From: an uncultured Candidatus Saccharibacteria bacterium
Lineage (GTDB): Bacteria; Patescibacteriota; Minisyncoccia; Phycocordibacterales; UBA6899
Reading direction: 5' to 3'
NCBI GenBank assembly: GCA_964386905.1
Contig: CAYLUP010000001.1
Location: forward strand, 109,660 to 173,659
Length of the DNA stretch: 64,000 nucleotides
In this document: positions 38,823 to 47,572 of the stretch, piece by piece
Numbering within the stretch: the first letter of the stretch is position 1
How the letters are laid out: every line of letters starts with the position of its first letter
Made by a program: the position numbers and the translations under genes
The notes under the pieces: model-generated
Told to the model about the DNA's origin: nothing
Database searches by the model: none
Seen by the model: only the letters and a program-made list of their open reading frames with translations

Positions 38823-39935
38823 TTATCGTGCTATAAGGACAATTCCGATGCGATTGTTCCCCGAATAGAGGTCAATCTGCATCTGGCCATCCGTGCGACC
38901 GAGGAACTGTCCGGAGACATTTCCTTGTCTCCACGTTCCGGAGCAGGAGCTCCCACGCACAATCCCTTCAAGGATTACGTGTTCGGCGCCTTGTGGGGCA
39001 ATGACCGTGAGCAGAATTCTTGATGAAGTAATTTGCCCTGTTGTATGAGTTTCGACTTCTCCCATTCCAAGGAAGGAGAGTGGTTCTTGAACTCCAACAA
39101 CCTCGGTTTTGAGATAATCGTCTCCATGAGTTGGTGCGAGAGAGGGCTCTACCTGGGGCTGGGGCTGCGACTGAATCTCGGATTTTTCAATCCGAAATCG
39201 TTCAGCAGCACCATCTTCACTCACGACAGCAATGGGCCCATCGCTATCAAGGTATTCCCCCTCAATGGGGCGAGCGGCAGTGATGCTTCCATGCAGAGAG
39301 CTGCGCGCTGCAAGGTTTTGTGCGCGCTCTTTTTCAAGACGCTCGCGTCGCACCGTATCAATCTTCTTCAGGAAGTTTAGCTTCTGATCCCAAAGAATCA
39401 TGATATGGGTGCCAAGACTGATGCGCTTGTCTCCAATCTTTGCATGCCAGAAACCAATGAGAATAATGGCAGCAATGACGATTCCAAGAATCGGCTTAGA
39501 CTTCTCCCAAACCGCTTTCATCAGTTTTGTTGTTTCTGTTTCTGCCTGTTGTGCTGTCATCCAGCTCATCCCCGCGCTTGCAATAAGAAGCAGGAGAAGT
39601 GCTGCAATTCCACTCAGGACAGGTGCTCTATCAAAGGGTAGGGTGATGAGTGCTATCCACCCAATCGTGTGATAAGCGACTGGACGTGCGGCTGCTCTCT
39701 TTTTGTCAGGGTCACTTCCAAAAAGACTAGAGGTAGCAGCGACGATAATAATCAGAAGGGTTGAGAGTAGGGTAAGAAGAAAGAGCGTACCCATGTCTTC
39801 ATATCCAGTTGCAAATTTCAGCCCGACTGCCGAAATGAGCAAAATGACATAAAGAATGAGCAAGGCAATTCCCCAGCCAGACTTCAGGTACTTGAGATCA
39901 AACCCTGTTGTGGTGCTCGGCGTCTCATCGGCCAT
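38823..39935 (-). CDS. Polytopic integral membrane protein (about 6 TM) with C-terminal soluble domain; function unknown
   Basis: Good SD (taggagctacATG) upstream; multiple hydrophobic helices in first 200 aa; hairpin terminator on its strand at 38793-38817. Confidence 0.55.
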   Translation of the reverse strand: MADETPSTTTGFDLKYLKSGWGIALLILYVILLISAVGLKFATGYEDMGTLFLLTLLSTLLIIIVAATSSLFGSDPDKKRAAARPVAYHTIGWIALITLPFDRAPVLSGIAALLLLLIASAGMSWMTAQQAETETTKLMKAVWEKSKPILGIVIAAIILIGFWHAKIGDKRISLGTHIMILWDQKLNFLKKIDTVRRERLEKERAQNLAARSSLHGSITAARPIEGEYLDSDGPIAVVSEDGAAERFRIEKSEIQSQPQPQVEPSLAPTHGDDYLKTEVVGVQEPLSFLGMGEVETHTTGQITSSRILLTVIAPQGAEHVILEGIVRGSSCSGTWRQGNVSGQFLGRTDGQMQIDLYSGNNRIGIVLIAR

Positions 39936-40076
39936 GGTAGCTCCTATAATTGTGAAGGAAAGGACGGTTTTTGGGCTACTATCGTTCTACCATACAATTT
40001 CCATTATGGCAAGTATAATCCTAATATATACAAAATGGCTTAAATAGGCTATGATTTGACGGCAGAAAACAGATTT

Positions 40077-40157
40077 GCCCGGGTGGTGAAATGGTAGACA
40101 CGCCTGCCTTAGGAGCAGGTCTCGCAAGAGGTGGAGGTTCAAGTCCTCTCCCGGGCA
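40077..40157 (+). tRNA. tRNA-Leu (anticodon TAG), class II
   Basis: Acceptor GCCCGGG/CCCGGGC, anticodon stem CCTGC/GCAGG loop CTTAGGA, long variable arm, T-arm GGAGG-TTCAAGT-CCTCT. Confidence 0.9.
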
Positions 40158-40163
40158 CAGTCC

Positions 40164-40194
40164 AAAAATCTCAGTTTTTAAACTGAGATTTTTG
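40164..40194 (+). terminator. Hairpin terminator after tRNA-Leu (aaaaatctcagttt ttaa aactgagattttt)
   Basis: Perfect palindrome with A/T runs. Confidence 0.7.
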
Positions 40195-40244
40195 TTTACT
40201 GTGACCTGGGAAGCAAGTGCCTCAAAAAGGCACTTGCGTGAGGG

Positions 40245-40425
40245 CTTGAAAAGTCCTAAATCATAGTCGTGTGCAAAGCCATACTCCGTGTTCAGGATAA
40301 ACTCCGCCAAGCCCGCAGTGAGTCTTCGGGATAATCTTGAAAAGTCCTGAATCATAGTCGCGATAAGAATCGCTCCTCGTTCAGGATAAGCTCCGTCAAT
40401 TCCGGAGTGAAGCCTCGAGTGAGGA
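40245..40425. repeat. Two tandem imperfect ~90-bp direct repeats in a 550-bp non-coding region (possible sRNA/regulatory element)
   Basis: Both units start cttgaaaagtcct(a/g)aatcatagtcg and share ttcaggataa(a/g)ctccg; variable inserts form different local hairpins (gcgataagaatcgc; ctccgtcaattccggag). Confidence 0.6.
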
Positions 40426-40787
40426 CTGGTGGGTAACACACGCAGATTTATAATGAAGGAAGTGTATATACAGAAGTGCCATGAACCAAGATTCTTTCTG
40501 TGTATTAAAGTCACCATACCTATGTTACAAAAAAGCACGCAACATGCCTACGTGCTGACTGATCAGTAACAAAAGGGTGCTGTCTCTACCGGTGGAAGAA
40601 AGGTGCCTGCACGAACAAGAACATAAATGCACCACCGCACATGGAAGCTGCAATTCGCCCAGCCTTGAAAAAGAAATAATTGACCAATACCGACCTTGTG
40701 TAAATCCGGCTCAATTAAGCCTAGAAATACAAGAAATCCCTTGACCTTTTTAAAATAGTTTGCTAATATATATAGACCGAATCCAGA

Positions 40788-41006
40788 ATGTCGGAAACTA
40801 CTACAAACGAATCATTTATAAACGGCGAAATCATAGAGGCGTTACCAAACACCTTTTTTCGTGTCGAACTCCAAGATGGCCGAGAGGTCATCGGTTTTCT
40901 GTCAGGAAAAATGCGTATGCACCGTATCCGTGTACTCGTTGGAGATAAAGTGATCCTTGCGGATAATCCGCATGGAGGAAAGTTTCGTATAGTAAAGCGC
41001 GTCTAG
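40788..41006 (+). CDS. infA: Translation initiation factor IF-1
   Basis: S1-like OB fold: GEIIEALPNTFFRVELQDGREVIGFLSGKMRMHRIRVLVGDKV. Confidence 0.95.
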   Translation: MSETTTNESFINGEIIEALPNTFFRVELQDGREVIGFLSGKMRMHRIRVLVGDKVILADNPHGGKFRIVKRV

Positions 41007-41278
41007 TCATCTTTTGGCGCACCTGGCACTGTTTCGTCACTGAACTCGCTCGATGTACTTCAAGTACACCTCGCTTGAGTTTCGGTGACTCCAACAGTGC
41101 CACTTGCATCCAAAATCTGACTAGCCGTAGAGAGAATGGCTTTAGAGCCTTTTTCTAGCCGATGCTTTTTCCCTTATCAGAGTATTGGAAGTCATGCTCC
41201 ACATGACCCCTGTATTCATTGGACGGCCTGGAAGTCCTGGAGAAAAAAGTTGAGGTGTTATTCATCAGCAAATAAACT

Positions 41279-41392
41279 ATGCGCGTTCGAGCATCAGTAA
41301 AAACAATTTGCGCTAAGTGTAAGTCGGTTCGCCGCCGCGGAGTACTCCGTGTGATCTGCGATAACCCACGACACAAGCAAAAGCAAGGTTAA
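41279..41392 (+). CDS. rpmJ: 50S ribosomal protein L36 (below ORF-track length cutoff, found by hand)
   Basis: [37 protein letters not shown] with C-x2-C-x12-C-x4-H zinc ribbon; sits in canonical infA-rpmJ-rpsM position. Confidence 0.9.
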   Translation: MRVRASVKTICAKCKSVRRRGVLRVICDNPRHKQKQG

Positions 41393-41409
41393 TTATCTGT
41401 CAAAACCAT

Positions 41410-41787
41410 ATGCGTATTTCAGGTATTACCGTTCCAGATGAGAAGCAGCTTTGGGTTGGCCTCACCGTATTTTACGGAATTGGTTTTTCAACTGCAAAGA
41501 AGATTCTCAAGAATGCTGGAGTTTCCGAGGATAAAAAGCCCGGAGACCTCTCAGAGACTGAGGAGGCACATATCCGTAAGCAAGTAGAGTCTATGACACT
41601 TGAGGGTGACCTTAAGCGTGAAAAAGCTGCTAATATTAAGCGCTTGAAAGATATTCACTGCTATCGCGGTACACGCCACTCAAAGGGACTTCCATCACGA
41701 GGTCAACGTACCAAGACCAATGCTCGCACCTTGAAAGGTGTGAAGAAAACCATGGGTTCTGGTCGTCGCAAAGTAGAAAAGAAATAG
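41410..41787 (+). CDS. rpsM: 30S ribosomal protein S13
   Basis: MRISGITVPDEKQLWVGLTVFYGIGFSTAKKIL... canonical S13. Confidence 0.95.
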   Translation: MRISGITVPDEKQLWVGLTVFYGIGFSTAKKILKNAGVSEDKKPGDLSETEEAHIRKQVESMTLEGDLKREKAANIKRLKDIHCYRGTRHSKGLPSRGQRTKTNARTLKGVKKTMGSGRRKVEKK

Positions 41788-41884
41788 TTATTGAGAGTTT
41801 CTCTCAATTACGTTCTTCACAGGAATGTCGCCGATGTAATATGTCGTGTGCACATTCCTCTTAATCATTTAGTTAAATTGTACA

Positions 41885-42319
41885 ATGGGTAAGAAGCGTA
41901 TCGTCAAGAAGGCTGGCTCATCTGTTGACCAGGGTCTCAAGGCTCGCGCACTCGCACGTTCTTCAAAGAGAAAGGTTGCTCATGGTGTGCTCAACATCCA
42001 GTCGACGTACAACAATACAATTGTGACGCTCACAGACGCAGAGGGGAAGGTCCTCATGTGGTCATCTTCAGGTTCACTCGGGTTTGCAGGTGCAAAGAAG
42101 GGTACTCCATTCGCTGCTGCAAAGATTGGTGAACTTATCGCCGAGAAAGCACAGATGATTGGCTTGAAGTCTGTTGACGCAGTTGTAAAAGGAGTAGGAT
42201 CAGGCCGTGAGGCTCCAATCCGCTCATTTATTGCAAAGGGAATTGAGGTTAGCTCAATTCGTGATGTCACGCCGGTTCCACACAATGGTCCTCGTGCGAA
42301 AAAACCACGTCGCATCTAA
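41885..42319 (+). CDS. rpsK: 30S ribosomal protein S11
   Basis: ...NIQSTYNNTIVTLTDAEGKVLMWSSSGSLGFAGAKKGTPFAA... canonical S11. Confidence 0.95.
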   Translation: MGKKRIVKKAGSSVDQGLKARALARSSKRKVAHGVLNIQSTYNNTIVTLTDAEGKVLMWSSSGSLGFAGAKKGTPFAAAKIGELIAEKAQMIGLKSVDAVVKGVGSGREAPIRSFIAKGIEVSSIRDVTPVPHNGPRAKKPRRI

Positions 42320-42331
42320 CGTAAGACTTAT

Positions 42332-42958
42332 ATGGCAAAGAAGAATACATGTAAAACATGCCGACGCCTTGGTGAGTCTCTCGTACTCCGTGGTGGAAAA
42401 TGTGCATCAGGAAAGTGTGCGTTTGCACGCCGACCGACTCCGCCAGGAAAGCCAATGGCAGAGCGCAAGCATCGCTCAACCATGACTGAATATGGTATGC
42501 AGATGCGTGAAAAGCAGAAGGTTCGTTTCTCGTATGAAATCTCAGAGAAGCAATTCGCTGGATACGTCAAAGAAGCAGCTCATGCAAAGGGTGTTGCCCC
42601 AACAGAAGCTCTTTACGAGCGTTTGGAGCGTCGCCTTGATAACGTTGCATTTGTTCTCGGTTTTCCAAAAAGCCGCGCGCATGCACGCCAAATCGTTTCT
42701 CATGGTCACGTTACTGTGAATGGGAAGAAAATGACAATTCCTTCATATCAAGTTCGCGAAGGAGATGTTGTTGCTGTCCGTGAGGGGAGCAAGTCATCAC
42801 CAATCTTCGCAACAGCGCGTGAGGATATGTCAAAAGCTCCAGAGTGGATTTCAGTTGATTCTTCAAAGCTTGCCGCAACCGTAAAGGGTATGCCAAAGCT
42901 CGACAAGAACCGCATGACGTTCAACCTGCAGTCAGTTATTGAGTTCTACTCACGCTAG
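42332..42958 (+). CDS. rpsD: 30S ribosomal protein S4
   Basis: MAKKNTCKTCRRLGESL zinc-finger N-terminus and S4 RNA-binding domain. Confidence 0.95.
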   Translation: MAKKNTCKTCRRLGESLVLRGGKCASGKCAFARRPTPPGKPMAERKHRSTMTEYGMQMREKQKVRFSYEISEKQFAGYVKEAAHAKGVAPTEALYERLERRLDNVAFVLGFPKSRAHARQIVSHGHVTVNGKKMTIPSYQVREGDVVAVREGSKSSPIFATAREDMSKAPEWISVDSSKLAATVKGMPKLDKNRMTFNLQSVIEFYSR

Positions 42959-43088
42959 TTGAGTGTGCTCAAGTCAATTGTTTTGAACACAAAACTTTTG
43001 TTTTTCATAACAGTAATTTAGACGACTGTACAAAAATGTGGTACAGTAGAGTCAATTATTGTTTCACTAATAATATTATCTTTTCGCT

Positions 43089-44066
43089 ATGCCTGACTAT
43101 AACGTTGCATTGCCATCAAAGCCAAAGCCAGTTCTTGAAGAGGGAAACCTTGGTATTTTTGAAATCGAAGGTCTCTATCCTGGCTACGGACACACTCTCG
43201 GCAACTCGCTTCGCCGTATCATTTTGTCATCACTTCCTGGGGCAGCAATCACTGGACTCAAGATCGATGGTGTACTTCATGAGTTTACGGCCATGGAGGG
43301 GGTTAAAGAAGATGTCGTCGCACTTATTTTGAATCTCAAAAAAGTACGTTTTGCTTTATTTGGTGACGATCCGCAAACATTGACACTCAGTGTTCAGGGT
43401 CCGGCAGTCGTTACTGCTGCAAACATTATTCCCAATGGTCAGTGTGAAGTGCTTACTCCAGAGCAATATATCTGTGAACTAACAGACAAGAATACAAATC
43501 TTGTCATGGAGATGACAATCGAGAAAGGTCTGGGATATCTCCCAAAAGAGATGATTCAGAAAGAGAAGGTGGATATCGGTGCAATTGCACTTGATGCAGC
43601 CTTTACCCCAATCCGCCGTGTGAACTACGAAGTAGAACCAATGCGTGTCGGAGATCGTACAGACTACAACCGATTGAAGATTTCTATTGAAACGGATGGA
43701 ACACTTACACCACGTAAGGCAATTGAAGATGCAATCGAGATCATAATTCATCAACTCAAGGCCATCGTAGGTTTTAAGGAGGAGGAAGTACTTCCAGAAA
43801 CAATCCCAACACCTGAAGAAATTCGTGAGGAGGCAACTCCAATGCAGGAAGAAAAGGTTGATACAGAGTTTTTGAAAATTCGTATTGATTCACTTGATCT
43901 TTCTGCACGAACATTGAATGCACTTGGGAATGCAGGTATTCGAACTCTTGGTGGACTTGTGCGGAAAACCGCAGATGACCTCCTGGATATCGAGGGGCTT
44001 GGCGAAAAGGGCTTACAGGAGATCAAACGCGCACTATCAAATTTTGGTGTGACGTTGAAGCAATAA
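43089..44066 (+). CDS. rpoA: DNA-directed RNA polymerase subunit alpha
   Basis: N-terminal dimerisation domain GYGHTLGNSLRRIILSSLPGAAITGLKIDGVLHEF and C-terminal helix-hairpin-helix domain. Confidence 0.95.
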   Translation: MPDYNVALPSKPKPVLEEGNLGIFEIEGLYPGYGHTLGNSLRRIILSSLPGAAITGLKIDGVLHEFTAMEGVKEDVVALILNLKKVRFALFGDDPQTLTLSVQGPAVVTAANIIPNGQCEVLTPEQYICELTDKNTNLVMEMTIEKGLGYLPKEMIQKEKVDIGAIALDAAFTPIRRVNYEVEPMRVGDRTDYNRLKISIETDGTLTPRKAIEDAIEIIIHQLKAIVGFKEEEVLPETIPTPEEIREEATPMQEEKVDTEFLKIRIDSLDLSARTLNALGNAGIRTLGGLVRKTADDLLDIEGLGEKGLQEIKRALSNFGVTLKQ

Positions 44067-44072
44067 TTCGTC

Positions 44073-44432
44073 ATGAGGCATCATAATTCAGTAAAGAAGT
44101 TCGGACGACAATCAGGTCAGCGCCTCGCGCTCATGCGTTCACTGATGAACAATATGATCACACATGGTCGTATTGTCACCACTGAAGCTAAAGCGAAGGC
44201 ACTTCGTCCAGCTATTGAAAAGCTTGTCACTAAGGCACGATCAGTTGACGTTGCGACAATTCGTGACATCACTGCTCGGCTTGGAAACAACAAGGAGACG
44301 ACCACAAAGCTGACTAAGGAGATTGCTCCGAAGTATGTTGGTCGTAACGGTGGATACACCCGTATTATTAAACTTGGGGCACGCTCAGGTCGTGGTGATG
44401 CAAGCCCTATGGCACTCATTGAATTCATTTAA
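44073..44432 (+). CDS. rplQ: 50S ribosomal protein L17
   Basis: MRHHNSVKKFGRQSGQRLALMRSLMNNMITHGRIVTTEAKAK canonical L17. Confidence 0.95.
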   Translation: MRHHNSVKKFGRQSGQRLALMRSLMNNMITHGRIVTTEAKAKALRPAIEKLVTKARSVDVATIRDITARLGNNKETTTKLTKEIAPKYVGRNGGYTRIIKLGARSGRGDASPMALIEFI

Positions 44433-44434
44433 TT

Positions 44435-44779
44435 ATGGAACACATCATTGATGCTAAGGGTCAATCACTTGGCCGCGTTGCAAGCGAAGCAGCTCACGTC
44501 TTACTTGGTAAGGATACAGTCGATTTCGCAAAAAACGTTGTCCGAAAAGTAAAGGTGAAGGTTATCAACGCATCTCAACTCTCTATTGATGAGAAGAAGA
44601 TGGGTCAGAAAACATACCACATTTACACCGGATATGTAGGTAACCAAAAAAGCCCAACCCTCGCACAGGTCGTAGCCAAGAAGGGGTATGGGGAGGCTGT
44701 GAAGATTGCGGTAAAGGGTATGCTTCCAGGCAATACTCTTCGTGACAAGCGTCTCAAGAACCTATCTGTTGAAGAATAA
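44435..44779 (+). CDS. rplM: 50S ribosomal protein L13
   Basis: IIDAKGQSLGRVASEAAHVLLGK...HIYTGYVGNQKS canonical L13. Confidence 0.9.
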   Translation: MEHIIDAKGQSLGRVASEAAHVLLGKDTVDFAKNVVRKVKVKVINASQLSIDEKKMGQKTYHIYTGYVGNQKSPTLAQVVAKKGYGEAVKIAVKGMLPGNTLRDKRLKNLSVEE

Positions 44780-44780
44780 T

Positions 44781-45197
44781 ATGACAACAGCAAAGAAAAA
44801 GGTTGGTCCTTCATATATTGAAGGCATTGGTCGCCGAAAAACAGCTGTCGCACGCGTCCGTATTATCGCGGGAGGAAAAAACTCCATGGTAGTAAACGGA
44901 AAGGATGTTACAGAGTATTTTGGCCCAGAAAAGCTTGCCGCAGTTGCTCTTTCTCCTGTCACACGTGATGGTGCAGAAGGGAAGTACGAGGTAAGCGTGA
45001 AGGTTTTGGGCGGTGGCCCTTCAGCACAAGCTGAGGCAATTCGCCACGGACTTTCACGAGCTCTTGTTATGGAGGTTGCTGACGTAAAGAGCTCATTAAA
45101 AGCTCTTGGATATCTCAAGCGAGATTCTCGCGAGGTTGAGCGTAAGCACTTTGGTTTCAAGAAGGCACGCAAGGCTTCACAGTGGAGCAAGCGATAA
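44781..45197 (+). CDS. rpsI: 30S ribosomal protein S9
   Basis: YIEGIGRRKTAVARVRII...GGGPSAQAEAIRHGLSRAL...C-terminal KKARKASQWSKR; start at MTTAKKK 1 nt after rplM stop. Confidence 0.9.
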   Translation: MTTAKKKVGPSYIEGIGRRKTAVARVRIIAGGKNSMVVNGKDVTEYFGPEKLAAVALSPVTRDGAEGKYEVSVKVLGGGPSAQAEAIRHGLSRALVMEVADVKSSLKALGYLKRDSREVERKHFGFKKARKASQWSKR

Positions 45198-45219
45198 AAA
45201 ATCCCGTATGGGATTTTTT
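45195..45219 (+). terminator. Hairpin terminator (aaaaaatcccgtatgggatttttt)
   Basis: Stem-loop + T-run after rpsI. Confidence 0.7.
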
Positions 45220-45252
45220 ATATACCAACGAATGCTATGGTATACTAGTAGT

Positions 45253-46374
45253 ATGTTGAAGCGAGTATCAGCACTTTTTGCGTCAGATAAACGCCCTGTA
45301 GATTACGTATTTTTGACACTGCTTGTGACATTGATTATCGTTGGCTTGTTTATTTTTTTCTCAGCCAGCCTCCAATCCCTCGGCCAGGCAAAGTGGAATA
45401 GTCTTATGGTCAGGCAAATTGGATATAGTTTGGGTATTGGAGGTACGCTATTGTTTGCATTCTCACGCTTTCAGTACAAAGCTCTTGCTCCATGGGGACT
45501 CGGTCTTCTCATTGCTGCTTTTGGTGTTTCTTCCCTTGTATTTATTCCTGGACTAGGTATGACGCATGGAGGTGGACAGCGCTGGTTGGATCTTGGCGTA
45601 ATTAATGTTCAGCCTGGTGAGTTTTTGAAATTTGCATCCGTTGTTTTTTTTGCTGTTTGGTTTGCGAAATGGAAGAGAAAACTTGAGGATTGGAAATTTA
45701 GCGTGCTCCCACTTGTTATAGTAGTTGGGTCTATTGGTCTCTTATTGTTTCTACAGAAAGATATAGGGACACTTGTGATCATTGCGTCAACGGTCTTTTT
45801 TATGTTTTTAGTAAGCAATGCATCTCGAAAACACGTTCTTCTTGTTCTTTTGTGTGGCTTCTGTTTTGCAGGTGCTGCAGCTGTTTTTATTCCACACGTC
45901 AAGCAACGAGTTATGACTTTTATTTCTCTCGATGATCCACAAGGAGCTGGTTGGCAGGTTCGCCAATCTCTTATCGCTGTTGGATCTGGTGGAGTGGTTG
46001 GGAAGGGTTATCTGCAAAGTGTTCAACGTTTTAACTATCTTCCTGAAGCCCATGGTGACTCTATCTTTGCTGTAGTTTCAGAAGAATTTGGCTTTATCGG
46101 TTCATCACTTCTTATTATTTTGTATGTCCTTTTCGCACTTCGTGCATTTAAAATAGCAAATAAAGCCCCTGACGATTTTTCAATGCTTCTTGCTACCGGG
46201 TTTACCTCGATGATTATTGTACAATCTTTTTTGAACATTGGCTCTGTTATTAACCTTATTCCATTTACTGGAGAGCCACTTGTATTTATCAGTCAGGGAG
46301 GAACAGCACTTGTTATTGCTATGTCTGCGTCAGGAATTATTTTAAATATTTCTCGTTATCAAAAAGGTCTATGA
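45253..46374 (+). CDS. ftsW: SEDS-family peptidoglycan glycosyltransferase FtsW/RodA
   Basis: 10-TM SEDS profile, conserved GQAKWN, QPGEFLK, EAHGDSIFAVVSEEFG motifs; start at MLKRVSAL downstream of TATACT. Confidence 0.85.
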   Translation: MLKRVSALFASDKRPVDYVFLTLLVTLIIVGLFIFFSASLQSLGQAKWNSLMVRQIGYSLGIGGTLLFAFSRFQYKALAPWGLGLLIAAFGVSSLVFIPGLGMTHGGGQRWLDLGVINVQPGEFLKFASVVFFAVWFAKWKRKLEDWKFSVLPLVIVVGSIGLLLFLQKDIGTLVIIASTVFFMFLVSNASRKHVLLVLLCGFCFAGAAAVFIPHVKQRVMTFISLDDPQGAGWQVRQSLIAVGSGGVVGKGYLQSVQRFNYLPEAHGDSIFAVVSEEFGFIGSSLLIILYVLFALRAFKIANKAPDDFSMLLATGFTSMIIVQSFLNIGSVINLIPFTGEPLVFISQGGTALVIAMSASGIILNISRYQKGL

Positions 46375-47501
46375 AAATACTATTTACTGGAGGTGGCACA
46401 GGTGGTCATTTTTATCCAATTATTGCAGTTGCGGATGCTGTCCGTTCCGTAGCAAAGGAAGAGCATGTTCAGGTCCCAGATTTATATTTTGTTTCAGATA
46501 ATCCCATAGACGCATCGCTTCTTGCGGCACTTGATATTGGCTATATTGAGGTTATGGCAGGAAAAAAACGAACGTATGCAGCTCTGCAAAATATTCTTGA
46601 TATCTTTAAAACACTCTCTGGCATTTGCATTGCTATTTGGAAGCTTTTCTCTATATATCCTGACGTCGTTTTTGGAAAAGGTGGATATGCAAGTTTTCCA
46701 ATTCTTTTTGCTGCACGAATACTACGTATTCCTGTTGTTATTCATGAAAGTGATTCAGTCCCTGGCAGAGTAAATGCATGGGCAGGAAAATTTGCGCAAT
46801 ATATTGCAGTATCATATCCAGAAGCATCCTCCGCATTTCCTTCAGGAGCGCACATTGCTCACACAGGACAACCTGTTCGAAAGATCCTCTTGACCCCTGT
46901 TGATATTGATGTCTATGAGACTTTCGGGTTGCCAAAAGACAAGCCAGTTTTGCTTGTGCTTGGTGGTTCTCAGGGATCACAAGCCATTAATGACGTCCTC
47001 CTTGATTCGCTCCCAGAACTTCTTCATCACTACATTATTATTCATCAAGCAGGAGAATCAAATCTGGAATGGGTTCGATTGAGAGCGAGCAGCCTCCTTT
47101 CTGGCCATCCACATGCAGAGCAGTATCTTCCGTATGGCTTTATTGATGGACAAACCCTTCGTGCATTTGGGTCAATAGCTACGCTCGTGATTTCGCGTGC
47201 TGGATCGACAATCTTTGAAATTTCTATGTGGGGAAAGCCATCGATCTTAATTCCTCTTCCAATTGCCCATGGTGATCACCAGCGTGTAAATGCGTATGGA
47301 TATGCACGAAAAGGTGCTGCTCTTGTCCTCGAGCAGACAAATTTGAAGTCTTCAATTTTTGTGACAACCATTACTCGCTTAATAGCTAATACGCATCGTT
47401 TGGAAGAAATGTCTCACGCCGCGAAAGAGTTTTTTATCCCAGATGCGCCAGAAAAAATCGCACACGTTCTTCTTTCTATTGCAACATCTCATCAGAAATA
47501 G
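46371..47501 (+). CDS. murG: Lipid II synthase MurG (UDP-GlcNAc:undecaprenyl-PP-MurNAc-pentapeptide GlcNAc transferase)
   Basis: MKILFTGGGTGGHFYPIIAV G-loop, GT-B C-terminal domain; ATGA overlap with ftsW stop. Confidence 0.9.
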   Translation: MKILFTGGGTGGHFYPIIAVADAVRSVAKEEHVQVPDLYFVSDNPIDASLLAALDIGYIEVMAGKKRTYAALQNILDIFKTLSGICIAIWKLFSIYPDVVFGKGGYASFPILFAARILRIPVVIHESDSVPGRVNAWAGKFAQYIAVSYPEASSAFPSGAHIAHTGQPVRKILLTPVDIDVYETFGLPKDKPVLLVLGGSQGSQAINDVLLDSLPELLHHYIIIHQAGESNLEWVRLRASSLLSGHPHAEQYLPYGFIDGQTLRAFGSIATLVISRAGSTIFEISMWGKPSILIPLPIAHGDHQRVNAYGYARKGAALVLEQTNLKSSIFVTTITRLIANTHRLEEMSHAAKEFFIPDAPEKIAHVLLSIATSHQK

Positions 47502-47572
47502 CAAAAATACTATAGTTGTGAATCCATTGTCATGGAAGAGAAACGTGATAGAATGGCTATAAATAAGGAAAT

